Assembly: GCA_001724265.1 (NCBI GenBank)
Contig: MEDY01000281.1
Span: 1-40,816 of the forward strand
Length of the DNA stretch: 40,816 nucleotides
Source: Rhizaria sp. SCN 62-66
Lineage: Eukaryota
Direction of reading: 5' to 3'
The position numbers were made by a program, and so were the translations under genes. Shown one piece after another: positions 1 to 9,825 of the stretch. Position 1 is the stretch's first letter, and every line of letters starts with the position of its first letter. The notes below the pieces were generated by a model. It ran no database searches and had not been told where the DNA came from. It worked only from the letters and a program-made list of their open reading frames with translations.

Positions 1-1
1 G

Positions 2-1801
2 AGCGGCGCCGCGGCCAACAGCGCCGCGCGCCCCGCAACCGCCGCCGCCGTCGCTGCGGGTCCGGGCTCCGGCCGGGCTGCGCGCGGATCCGTCTTTGGC
101 GGCCAGGGCGGCGTCCCTGGCGTGGCCGCCGCTGCGGGCGGCATCGGCCGCGCAAGCACTGCAAGCACGAGCCGCAGCGCACGCGCCGCCGCAGCCTCTG
201 CCACCGCCACCGCCGCCGCCTCTGCCGCGGCTGCCGCAGCCGCCTCTGCCTCCGCCGCCGCCGCGAGCGCCCCCGCCGCTGGCAGCGCCTCTGCTGCGGA
301 AGCCCGCCTGCTCCGCATGCTCAGCGCCGGCCGCGCCCCCCGCTCCACCGGCTCAGGCGCTGGCGCGAGGTCTAGCGCGAGCTCTGGTGCGAGTGCGCGC
401 GACGGCGGCGGCGGCGGCGGCGCGGCGTGGTCGCTACGCGCCGAGGCGGGCGTGACGGCCGTCGCGCACTGGCTCTCGCCCTGCGGCGGCCACCTGCTCG
501 CGCTCGGGCACGTCGACGGCGCGGTTACCATCCTCTGCGCGCCCGCCGCCGCCGCCGCAGCGTCGGCTGCCGACTGGAGCGCGGGCGCGCCGAGGGCGGG
601 GGCGCTGCGCGCGCTGCGGCCTGCGGCGCGGCTGGCGCCACACTGCAGCGCTGTCACGGCGCTCGCGTGGCTCGACGCCGGCAGTGGCGGCGTTCTCGGC
701 GGCGGCAGCGACAGCGGCGGCGGCGGTGCGGGGCCGTTGCAGGGCCTGGTGCTGGCCTCACTCTCCACCGCCGCCGCCGCTGCCGGCGGCCCCGGCGCAC
801 GCCTCAGCGGCGGCGGCGAGAGCGGCGCCACGCTCGCCCTGCACCGCTCCGCCCTCACGGCAGCGGCGGACACCGGCGCTAGCCAGCCTGTGCTTGCGCC
901 GCGCGCCGCCGGCCCTTCGCTGGCGTGCGCAGCCGCGGCGTGGCGCGCGCTGGCGCTGCTGCAGCTGCCGGGCTCCGCACCCGCGCTCGCCGCGCCCGCC
1001 GCCGTGCCCGTCGCCGCCCCCTCCTCCGCGGCCGCTGTCTCTGCCTCGGCCTTCGCTTTCGCCGCCGCAGCCGCTGCGGCGGCCCGCGTGCCCGCACCGC
1101 CCCTGCTCATCGCCTCGTACCACCCCTTCGTCCCCGCCCCGTCCGCTTACAGTGGCCGCAGCAGCGGTGGGCCGCTGCGCGTTCTGTTGGCGGTCAACGC
1201 CGCGACGGGGCGCGTGCGCGGTCAGCTGGCCCCTCTGCGCGCGCCCCTGCTCGCGCTCGCGCCCGCGGCCGCCGGGGCCGCCGTCGTCGCCGTCGACGCG
1301 GACGCTGCTGCCGCCACCGATGCGGACACGGGCGCTGAGGCAGCTGGTGCTGGCGCCGAGGTTGCGGTGGGCTGCGTGGCCGCGTCGCCGCCCGTGGAAG
1401 GCTCGGCAGCCTTCGCGCTCACGCTCTCCCACTCGCGCGGGGCGATGCGCGGCGCCGCGGTCGCTGCCGCGGCGGCCGCCACCGCCGCCGCGGAGGCCGC
1501 GGCCGAGGAGGAGGCCGCCGCGCGCGCCGGCCTGCTGCGGCGGCCCGGCACGGGCGGGATGCAGTTCACCCAGTCGTTCGCGCTCGTGCGCGCGCAGCCG
1601 CGGGCGCCGGCGCACACGCACGCACACGCCGCGGGCGCCACGGCGGCGCCCGGCTGGCTGCTGCCGGGCATGCGCGCGCGCCTCGGCCTGCCCGCCGTCG
1701 CGGGCGCGGGCGGCACGTTCACTGGGGCGCCCGCGCCGCCGGCGCACCTGGCCGCGCTGTTGGCGGCGTCGCGCCCGTCGACGAAGAGTACCTCCATGTG
1801 A
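2..1801 (+). CDS. WD40-repeat protein, 5'-partial, Ala/Gly-expanded; possibly Cdc20/Fizzy-like
   Basis: The frame is open from base 2 to TGA at 1799-1801, after which GC drops sharply. WD40-like segments: VTAVAHWLSPCGGHLLALGHVDGAVTIL, RLAPHCSAVTALAWLD, GRVRGQLAPLRAPLLALAP. The motif order loosely resembles Cdc20/Cdh1 (inference). AT|GTGAGC at 1798 could alternatively be a splice donor. Confidence 0.65.
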   Translation, partial: SGAAANSAARPATAAAVAAGPGSGRAARGSVFGGQGGVPGVAAAAGGIGRASTASTSRSARAAAASATATAAASAAAAAAASASAAAASAPAAGSASAAEARLLRMLSAGRAPRSTGSGAGARSSASSGASARDGGGGGGAAWSLRAEAGVTAVAHWLSPCGGHLLALGHVDGAVTILCAPAAAAAASAADWSAGAPRAGALRALRPAARLAPHCSAVTALAWLDAGSGGVLGGGSDSGGGGAGPLQGLVLASLSTAAAAAGGPGARLSGGGESGATLALHRSALTAAADTGASQPVLAPRAAGPSLACAAAAWRALALLQLPGSAPALAAPAAVPVAAPSSAAAVSASAFAFAAAAAAAARVPAPPLLIASYHPFVPAPSAYSGRSSGGPLRVLLAVNAATGRVRGQLAPLRAPLLALAPAAAGAAVVAVDADAAAATDADTGAEAAGAGAEVAVGCVAASPPVEGSAAFALTLSHSRGAMRGAAVAAAAAATAAAEAAAEEEAAARAGLLRRPGTGGMQFTQSFALVRAQPRAPAHTHAHAAGATAAPGWLLPGMRARLGLPAVAGAGGTFTGAPAPPAHLAALLAASRPSTKSTSM

Positions 1802-1969
1802 GCAAAGCCCACTCGAAACAGCGTTCAACTTATCTCGATTCAAAATATTACATTATTAATTAGTATTCCGTGACTTATTCTTTCAGCGTACTGCGCAATA
1901 CACTTCTGTTTGTTCTGTTTGTTGATATCTTTTGATGAGTTTCTAGTTGAGCTGGGAGCTCTTTGTTCA

Positions 1970-2419
1970 ATGGCCGTCATTATTTCAAGACTACTCTGGT
2001 TTGCACAACATATTGATTATTTGCAGTTCGTTCGATTGGGATCTTTTTCTGGCTACGCTTGCCATGACCAGTGTGAACATCAACCCTTTAAGACGAACCA
2101 GTAGAAGCGTAGGCGCGTTTGTAGTGAACACGGGACTTACTTGGGTACCACATGCGCTACTGCACCGTTGCAGCTTCCTGATAGCGACATCGTGTATAAG
2201 GATTATACGGCGCCCATCGCTGCGCCTTCTAGAGAGACCAGCATTGCGACGGACAAAACCGGCACAGTGCTGATGCACCCTCGCGACATTTACTTCTCCA
2301 ACGTTGGCTCGGGTCCGCTGGTTCATCGTCTTCAAGCCGTGCCCGGTGGGCCTGCTGCGCGGCGCCGTGCCTGTGGGCCGCGTGATGTCGTGTATTACAA
2401 GCCCGTATTCGGAACATGA
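1970..2419 (+). CDS. Possible small protein or exon of unknown function, with one in-frame TAG (2102-2104)
   Basis: Track ORFs 1910..2104 and 2141..2419 are in the same frame, separated only by TAG (AAC CAG TAG AAG CGT AGG CGC). Codons from ~2180 to 2416 are GC3-rich. Ends at TGA. The start and exon structure are uncertain. Confidence 0.3.
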
Positions 2420-2914
2420 CGACAGCGGAGACACAACCTTTGGCGCGACCGTGTTGAAACACTCCGAGAAGAGCGTTGCGCGTGACAAATGCCAAGCTGA
2501 TACAAGGTTGGCTCAGCTAATTGTTGCGTTTAGGTGTTTCAAATACGGATATTAACGCCATCACGGCATCAGCAACGGATATTTCTGTATTTTCATTGCA
2601 AAGTCATAACGCATTTTGCTCACAATGCTATTGTTTTCTCTTCTTGTTTTGTTTGCATTGCTTTTCGTCAACGCTTATTTTTGTTGTTGTTAAGCTTACA
2701 TTGTTGTGGACTTGTAATTTCACTGCCAGTTTAATTTCACTGGTATTTAGTCACTGTTAAAACACTGAAGCTTCTTTGCACTTCAAATATAGTTTTTTGG
2801 TTAAAAATGGTACATATTTTTTGAATTCATTTCGTTGCAGATACACTTCTTGATCCTCTGAACTATTCACATGAGTCGGTTCTCATCTATACCCCGGGAG
2901 TCCTCACACTCGGC

Positions 2915-5900
2915 TTAGAACGCAGAGCCGCGCGCGATGGCAACCATGGTCGCGTCGCTGGGCACGCCCGTAAAGGCGGGCACCACGAGCGGCGGCTCAA
3001 CTCCGCTGTGCACCGGCGGCGGCAGCGTGCGGCGCGGTGCGTTAGCGTCGCTCTCCGCGGGCGCCATGTGCGCTGGGTCAACGCTCGGCGTCACGTACTC
3101 TGTCACACGCTCAGTCGCCGCGCTACCCGCGCTGCCGCTGGCGCTGTCAGGGCTACCGCTGCTGCCGCTGATGCCAGCGCCTGCGTTAGTACCGCTGGTG
3201 CCCGTGGCGGTGCTCGTGCCGCCAGCAGTGACGCCGCCAGCGCTGACGTTTGCGCTGGCGCCGCTGCTCGCCGCGCCCGCTCGCGGCGGGCCTGCGCGCG
3301 GCACGCTGCTGACCGGCGCGACGGGCGCGGGCGGCGGCATAAACCGCGTTGACGGTGCCGAGCTCATGATGGGCGCCGCTAGCGCTGCGGGCGCGCGCGC
3401 CGACACGGGGAGGTTCGTCGTGGAGGGCGGCGGCGGCATGTGCGGGTCCGGCGCGGCCTCTACGGCGCGCACAATTGCGGGCGCAGGCCGCGGCGCTGGC
3501 ACTGGCGCGGGCGGCGCCGCAGCCGGTGGCGGGCGCGGCACGCGGCCCGGTGTGCGCGTCGGCGCCGCTACCGTCGGCGCTGCGGGCGCAGGGGCAGTCA
3601 CGACGGGCGAAAACGCGGGCGTAGGCGTCGGCGTCGGCATAGGCGTCGGCGTTGGCATGTTTGCAGGCGCAGGCATAGATACAGGCGCAGGCGTGCTCGT
3701 GACGGGCGCTGGCGGAGAAGGAGGCACGCGCGCGGACGCAGGAGCGGTCACGGGTCTGAACGGCGGCACCGCGGCGCGCGGTTGCGCCCGCGACGGCTCG
3801 GTCACAGCGCCGACCGGCCCAAGCCCTTCGTCCGCGGCAGGCGGCGGCACAAAAGCCGTGAGGTCAACCGGTGGCACGGCGACGGGGGGCACCAGCGGCG
3901 TTGTCGCACGCGGGTACCGCGTCACCTCGGTCTCGGCCGGGTGCGGCGTCAAGTGCGGGTTGCGACGGTCGCGCTCACGCGCGGCACGCTCACGCGCGGC
4001 ACGCTCACGCTCAGCACGCTCACGTTCAGCACGCTCACGCTCAGCACGCTCACGTGCTGCGCGTTCACGCTCCAGGCGTTCACGCTCCAGGCGTTCGCGC
4101 TCATTGCGCTCACGCTCATTGCGCTCACGCTCACTGCGCTCACGCTCCGCAAGTTCGCGCTCTGCGCGCTCACGGTTGTTTCTCTCGCGTTCGACGCGTT
4201 CACGCTCAGAGTTTTCACGCTCAATGCGCTCACGCTCGGCGGCTTCGCGCTCGGCGGCTTCGCGGTCAGCGCGCTCGCGCTCAATGCGGTCGCGCTCGGC
4301 GCGTGCGCGTTCAGCGCGTTCACGTTCGCGCACGCGGTTGCGCTCACGCTCGCGATTGGCAGCCACGGCAGCTGCAGTTGCACGGGCCTCTGCCTCCGCC
4401 TCTGCAGCAGCAGCGGCGGCAGCCGCCTCAGCAGCAGCGCGCTCGCGCTCAATGCGCTCACGCTCAATGCGCTCACGCTCGCGCCCTAGTTGGCGCTCAC
4501 GCTCTAGTTGGCGCTCACGCTCTAGTTGGCGCTCACGCTCAGCGCGCGCGACACCGGCCGCACGCTCCCGCTCCCGCTCACGTTCGACAGCAGCAGCTGA
4601 GGCGGCGCGCACTCGCTCCCGCTCACGCTCCCGCTCAAGTGCGCGCTCGCGCTCTGCATGCGCCACGCGCTCCTCGCGGGCGCGCTCGGCAGCAGCAGCC
4701 GCAGCAACACGCTCGCGTTCTGCGCGCGCGACGCGCTCGTTGCGCTCGCTCTCGGCTGCGGCGGCCGCAGCTCGTTCACGCTCAACACGCTCGTTTTCTA
4801 TACGCTCATTCTCGATACGTTCACGCTCAAGGCGTTCGCGCTCAATACGCTCGCGCTCGCGCTGTGCACGCGCTGCTCGTTCCGCGCGCTCCCTTTCGGC
4901 GGCAGCGGCGGCTTCGCTACCGACGACGACGCCACTAGAGGCCGCAGTTGCCTCAGCGATGCTGGCAAACGCGGCGGCGCGGGCAGTGGCGGCAGCCTCA
5001 CGGCGTTCGCCAGCGGCCGCAGTGTTGCCCTCGCCGTAGCGCGCGCCCGCGCGGACGGCGTTACGACGCGCAGCGCGCTCAACCTCGGCGGCCGTCGCCG
5101 CGGCCGCGGACTCTCTCGCGCGCCGCTCGTTGCGTTCTCGCAAAAACCGCTCGCGCTCTGCCGCAGCGGCGCGGTCACGGTCCAGAGCCGCCGCGCGCTC
5201 TGCCGCAGCGCGGTTGGCGGCGGCGCGCTCTGCCGCGGCGGCGCGCTCTGAGGCCGCGCGCGCGGCGGCAGCACGGTCAGCCGCCGCGACGCGCTCTGCG
5301 GCGGCGCGAGTGGCGGCCTCGGCGCGCGCGGCTGCGACGGCGTGGCTCTCACGCAGCGCGCGATCGCGGGCAGCGCGCTCACGCTCGGCCCGCTCGCGCT
5401 CAGCGCGCTCACGCGCAAGACGATCGCGCTCGCGAGCAGCGTTCTCGCGTGCGACGCGCTCGCGCTCACTGCGCTCAAGCTCTAAGCGCTCGCGCTCCAG
5501 ACGCTGACGCTCAACACGTTCGCGCTCAGCGCTCTCGCGACTAGCGCGCTCGCGCTCGGCACGTTCGCGCTCAGCGCGTTCACGCTCATGGACAGCACGC
5601 TCACTACGTTCACGCTCAATGCGCTCCCGCTCACCGCGCTCGTTCTCGGCGCGTTCACGCTCTGCCCGCTCGTGCTCAGCACGCTCGCGGTTAGCGCGAT
5701 CACGATTAGCACGCTCGCGAGCAGCGCGCTCACGCTCCAGACCGCCGCGCTCGCGAAGCTCGCGTGCTGCGTTTTCGTTATCTCCATTAGCGGGGTCGCC
5801 CTCAGCGCGTTCAGCCTCCGCGCGGACGCGGGCATTGTGCTCGTGCAAGGCACGCGCACGCTCGACGCGATCGCTTCCGCCGCGTGCGCGGGCGCTGCGC

Positions 5901-8900
5901 TCGAGGAGCACACCCTCTCGCCCAGCCGCCGCACTGCGTCTGCGCTCCCGCACCCGCTCACGTTCGCGCGACAGGCGCTCCGCATCCAGCTCTTGCTCGC
6001 GGCGCGCGCCAGGCACGTGCTCCGCAACAGCGGGCCCCGGCACAGGCGCAGCCGCCGCTGAGCGCGGGTGGCGGGACCGCGCGCGGGGCACAGGCGTGGC
6101 TGCCGCCACAGGAGCAGTCTAGTGACCCAGATTGGTTACAGCAGCTGTGGCAGGAGCAGCAGGCGCAGCCGGCGAAAGAGCCGCGGCATTCGCGTTCGCG
6201 TTTGCTTCTGCGCGCTCGCGCATGCGGCGCGCGCCGATCGCTCGATACTCTGCGAGGAGCTCGCGATGACGGCGGTCCGCGCGCTCGCGCAACCGCCGCA
6301 TACGCTCTCGCTCGCCTCTGCGTTCGCTGTTGTCGCTCTCAGGGCCGCTGTCGGCGATCTCACGGTCACGGTTGCTGCGTTCACTGTCACTCAGCTCGCG
6401 CTCGCGCGCACGCGCCCTGACGGCCGCGCGGCGCGCCCGCAGCAAGCGCTCGCGCACCCGCTCCCGCTCCCGCTCTGGCTGCCGCCCGCGCTCCGTCGCA
6501 GCGCTGCGGGCGCTGCGGCGCACTGAGCCTACGGCGTCGGCGGCGGGGCGGGCGGGTGCGGCACCGCGGGCGCCAGCGCGGCTGCTCGGGCCAGATTCTG
6601 TAACCGCGTCAGTGTCGCTGCCAGGTGCAGCAGCGCGCCTGCGCCGGGCCGCGCTGTTGGCGCCGCGCAGTTCGCCACTGCCGCTGCGCTCGCGGCTGCG
6701 GCTACGCCCGCGGCTGGCGCCATTACTCCGGCCGATACGCGCGCTTGAATCTGTGCTTTCGCTATCTGAGGCCGCAGGTGTGCGGCGGCGACGACGGCGG
6801 CGACGGCGCCGGACCACTCCCGGATTTTCAGTTGGCGTCGAAGCTGCGTTACCTGCGGCTGGAGTGGCATTGGGGTTTGCAGCTGTTGCTACAAGAGCAG
6901 CGCTGTCTGTCGCGGCGTTAGACTCTGCTGACGCGGGAGCGCGGCGACGGCGACGACGCCGGCGCCGGCGAGTCGCGGTGTTGGCTCCGGCATTGGCCCT
7001 TGCGCTGTCGCCAGTGACGTCGACGTCTGCGTTGCTGCGGTTGTTAGTGCGAGCGCGAGTCCGCGTGCGCGCGCGAGTGCGACCCGGGGGCTGCCGCGTG
7101 TCCGCTGTTGTTGCCGCTGCTGCTGTTGGGGCAGCAACAGGAGCAGTGGCAGCAGGAGCATAGTGCGGCACGTAAGCTGGCCGCGCGCGGTAAAACACGG
7201 AAGACGCAAACGAGGGATCGTAGTCGTACCCGAAGTTGTGTCCGTAAGCGCCGTTGCCGCCATACTGAAACAGCGACATGGAGCGCGCGCGGTGGCGCGG
7301 TGCTGAGTTACTATCCTGCGACTGCTGCTGCTGCTGTTGCTGCGGCTGTTGAGACTGGAGCTGGGACTGTTGCTGCGGGTGCTGTCGCGCCTACCGCCAC
7401 GGCGGCTGGGCCTGGGACTGCGGCAGCTGTGAGTGCCCCTGCTGCGCCCGGAGCTGAGACTGCGAATGCTGCGATTGCTGTAACTGAGACTGGGACTGGA
7501 GCTGAGACTGAGACTGGGACTGGAGCTGCTGCGACGGGGCCTGGAGCTGCTGCGACTCGGCCCGCGACTGCGCATGCAGCTGAGAGAGGTCGTTGTAGCG
7601 ACCGCCGACACTGGAGTAAGCAAGACTGACGTCGCCGCTGGTGTCGTCATGCTCGCTGTCCTCGCGGTCACGACTGTGCTCATCGCCATCCTCGTAGTCA
7701 TCGTCGGCGTACTCGGAGTCATCGAGTGCATTGTGGCTGTGGCTGCCGCCATCCTCGTTGCGGTGGGAGTCCTCGTCGCCGTCCTCGTCATCGTCCTCGT
7801 TCTCGTCCTCGTTGTCAGACTCGTCGCCGCCGCGCTCGTGCTCACGGCCGTCTTCGCGCGCGCGACCAACGCCGCTGCTGCTGCGCCGGTGACCGGCGCG
7901 GTTGTCCTCAGTGTCGGCAAGGCTGCCTTCGTCCTCGTTAGCTTGGTCGCCGTGCAAATTGTCGTGGAAGCCACGGTTTACGCTGCGGCGGCCACTGTTC
8001 GCGCTGCCGTTTTCGTTGTTAGCTCCGGTCGTGAGTCCGTGGTGCCAGCGGTGCGCGTGCGCGCTGCCCGGGCCCGCGCGCATGCTGCTGCTACCGCGAG
8101 TGTTTGTGTTTTCGGCATGCGCAGCGGTAGGTGACGTGGATCGAGCGTTATCAGCATGGGTCTCAGCATGACTGGTGGCGCTGTTGTCAATCTCGGGCTC
8201 AGAGCCTTCGTCGCTGCCCTCGTCGTCGCCGTTTTCGTCAGAGCTGCTGCTGCTGCTGCTGCTACTGCTGCTTTCGTCTTCGTCATCGTCGCTCGCGGCG
8301 ACATTGTCTTCGCCGTCCGCCTCAGCGCTTGCGTCAGCGCCAGCGGCTACCTCCTTGTCTTCGTCTCCAGCCCCAGTCTCGACTGTGCTGGCTGCTGCAG
8401 TTGAGCTCAAGCCAGAGCTCGAAGTCTGACTATCGGCGAGCGTTTGAGTCGCAACAGCAGTCCCAGTTGCCACCTCAACCTCTGGCTGTCCGCTGGCTGC
8501 GGCAACTGTCGTCGCCGCAGTCTGCGCTCTACCCGGCGCCACCGCAGCAGCGGCCGCCTTGTCGTCCCTGTCGGCGACCTTGTCCTTGCCATCTTCGCTG
8601 TTCACACCGCGCGCACCAGATGCAGCAACCGCAGCGGCTGCGGAAATGCTCATGCTGGGAGCAGACTGAGACTGCGAGGCTGCCGCGGTCTCGTGAGTGT
8701 TGGTATTCTCGGCGGGAGCGCCGGCGGAAGTGGTAGCAGCGGCGATGCCGGCGGTGCCACTTGAAGTTGAAGGGGCAGAGTCGAAGAACCCACCAGAGTG
8801 GCGGCCGCGCAAGCGCGCGCTCTCGTAGAGGAATTGGAGCGAGCGCATAGTGCGGATAGGCATTGACAGTCGGGTTGAGAGGCCGAATAGCGGCGAAGCC

Positions 8901-8947
8901 GCCGTCGCGAAGCCCAGCAGGGCCAGCACAGCTACGGCAAACCGCAT
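2915..8947 (-). CDS. ~2,010-aa putative secreted low-complexity protein (signal peptide; acidic, Gln-rich, poly-Arg, ER-rich helical and Pro/Thr/Ala-rich regions); 2 internal TAG read as sense
   Basis: ORFs 7391..8947, 6119..7279 and 2915..6109 share one frame and the gaps are open except for TAG at 7391-7393 and 6119-6121. It starts ATG MRFAVAVLALLGFATAA and ends TAA at 2915-2917 (or TGA at 2867-2869 if TAA were also sense). Confidence 0.8.
3963..5760 (-). repeat. Coding tandem repeats (~15-nt ERxER units; GAGCGC/GAGCGT hexamers) encoding Glu/Arg/Ala-rich helix or coiled coil
   Basis: Recurrent gcgctcacgctc units on the + strand. The protein reads ERERAERERAERERIERE. Confidence 0.85.
4486..4539 (-). 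repeat. Perfect 18-nt x3 tandem repeat (QLERER unit)
   Basis: ctagttggcgctcacgct occurs at 4486, 4504 and 4522. Confidence 0.9.
6119..6121 (-). other. In-frame TAG, putative sense codon
   Basis: AAT CTG GGT CAC TAG ACT GCT CCT GTG; the same frame continues for >1,000 codons. A 21-nt GTAACC...CACTAG intron is a formal alternative. Confidence 0.65.
7391..7393 (-). other. In-frame TAG, putative Gln
   Basis: Context QSQAQPPWR*ARQHPQQQSQLQSQQPQQQQQQQ, inside a continuous Gln-rich tract. Confidence 0.8.
8897..8947 (-). other. Predicted N-terminal signal peptide
   Basis: MR followed by the hydrophobic core FAVAVLALLGF and small residues ATAA at the likely cleavage site. Confidence 0.75.
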
Positions 8948-9825
8948 GCTGATGCAAAGGCTTTTGCTGAAACTACGGGGTATGTTGTAGGAAGAAGAAA
9001 TTAAATAAGAACTTACTGTAAAAACTTAGAAATACCTGAAAAAAATGCTCTTACCGCAGAATGAATGATATGTGCAGAGAAGAGATCAACATAAAAATTG
9101 TTTTCAAGCCCTGATTTCCGCTGATTTCGGTCCACGTCACCGGAATTCCAGGTCACTTTAGCTGCTCACAGTCGTTCACAGTCACTGCCACAAACAAGCT
9201 TTCAAGTTGATAAAGGCATAGTAATAGGTATGTTGACGGCTTTATCGATCTATACTATTGTGCTCTGAAAAATGAGCAGTCAACTTTCTCAGCAACCTAA
9301 TCGACTTGAACAAAGTCAACGCCATACAGCTCCCAGGCTCTTATTCGAGCATTTATAGGTTGTATTTTCAGTTCTACAAAAATTGTATGGAAATCGGAAT
9401 TCACATGTGAACATTGTTTAAATCGAGGTCCAAAACAAAAAAATTTCTAAAATTCACGTGTTCACAACAGGCGGACTACGCATGAGATCTAGCCATTGTT
9501 TCCGAGCGTCTGCAGCGGACTTGTATTTTGCTTGCCAACATCAGGAAACGACTCTATCGTCTTCTAAGTTCGCTCAGAGAGACGGTCGAATTTGATGAGC
9601 CAGACCGATCCTTGACATAAGCAAGCGCAACTGTTCGCTTTCAGATGAGTCTCAAAGCACTGCAGCATGTAACCAAGAACTAGCTTTGTCAATATAACCA
9701 GGTGTATGTATTATTGAAGTAGATCAACATATTATATGGCCATTTTAGAGTTGTGATTCGTGATAATAATACAGCCTTGAAAGAAATAGTATTTAAATAA
9801 GTTTACACGTCACTGCTCTTGACCT

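Noticed and set aside
2170-2230. Minus-strand GRRIILIHD resembling a DDE transposase motif
   Set aside because: No other catalytic motifs, terminal inverted repeats or target-site duplications were seen.
2355-2419. RRACGPRDVVYYKP resembling the RAGPR motif of plant-type phosphofructokinases
   Set aside because: The expected following CGGLCPG motif is absent downstream.
2937-6122. Long + strand Arg/Ser-rich ORFs (e.g. 2937..5039) resembling SR proteins
   Set aside because: They are antisense shadows of the ER repeats in the minus-strand gene, with no RRM or other domain.
9111-9130. Direct repeat CTGATTTCCG/CTGATTTCGG as a promoter element
   Set aside because: Only two short copies, with no evidence of function.
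8948-9825. Suppressor tRNA or other ncRNA in the intergenic spacers
   Set aside because: No cloverleaf or A/B-box pattern was found by eye here or at 39079-40143; tRNAscan-SE/Infernal would be needed to exclude one.
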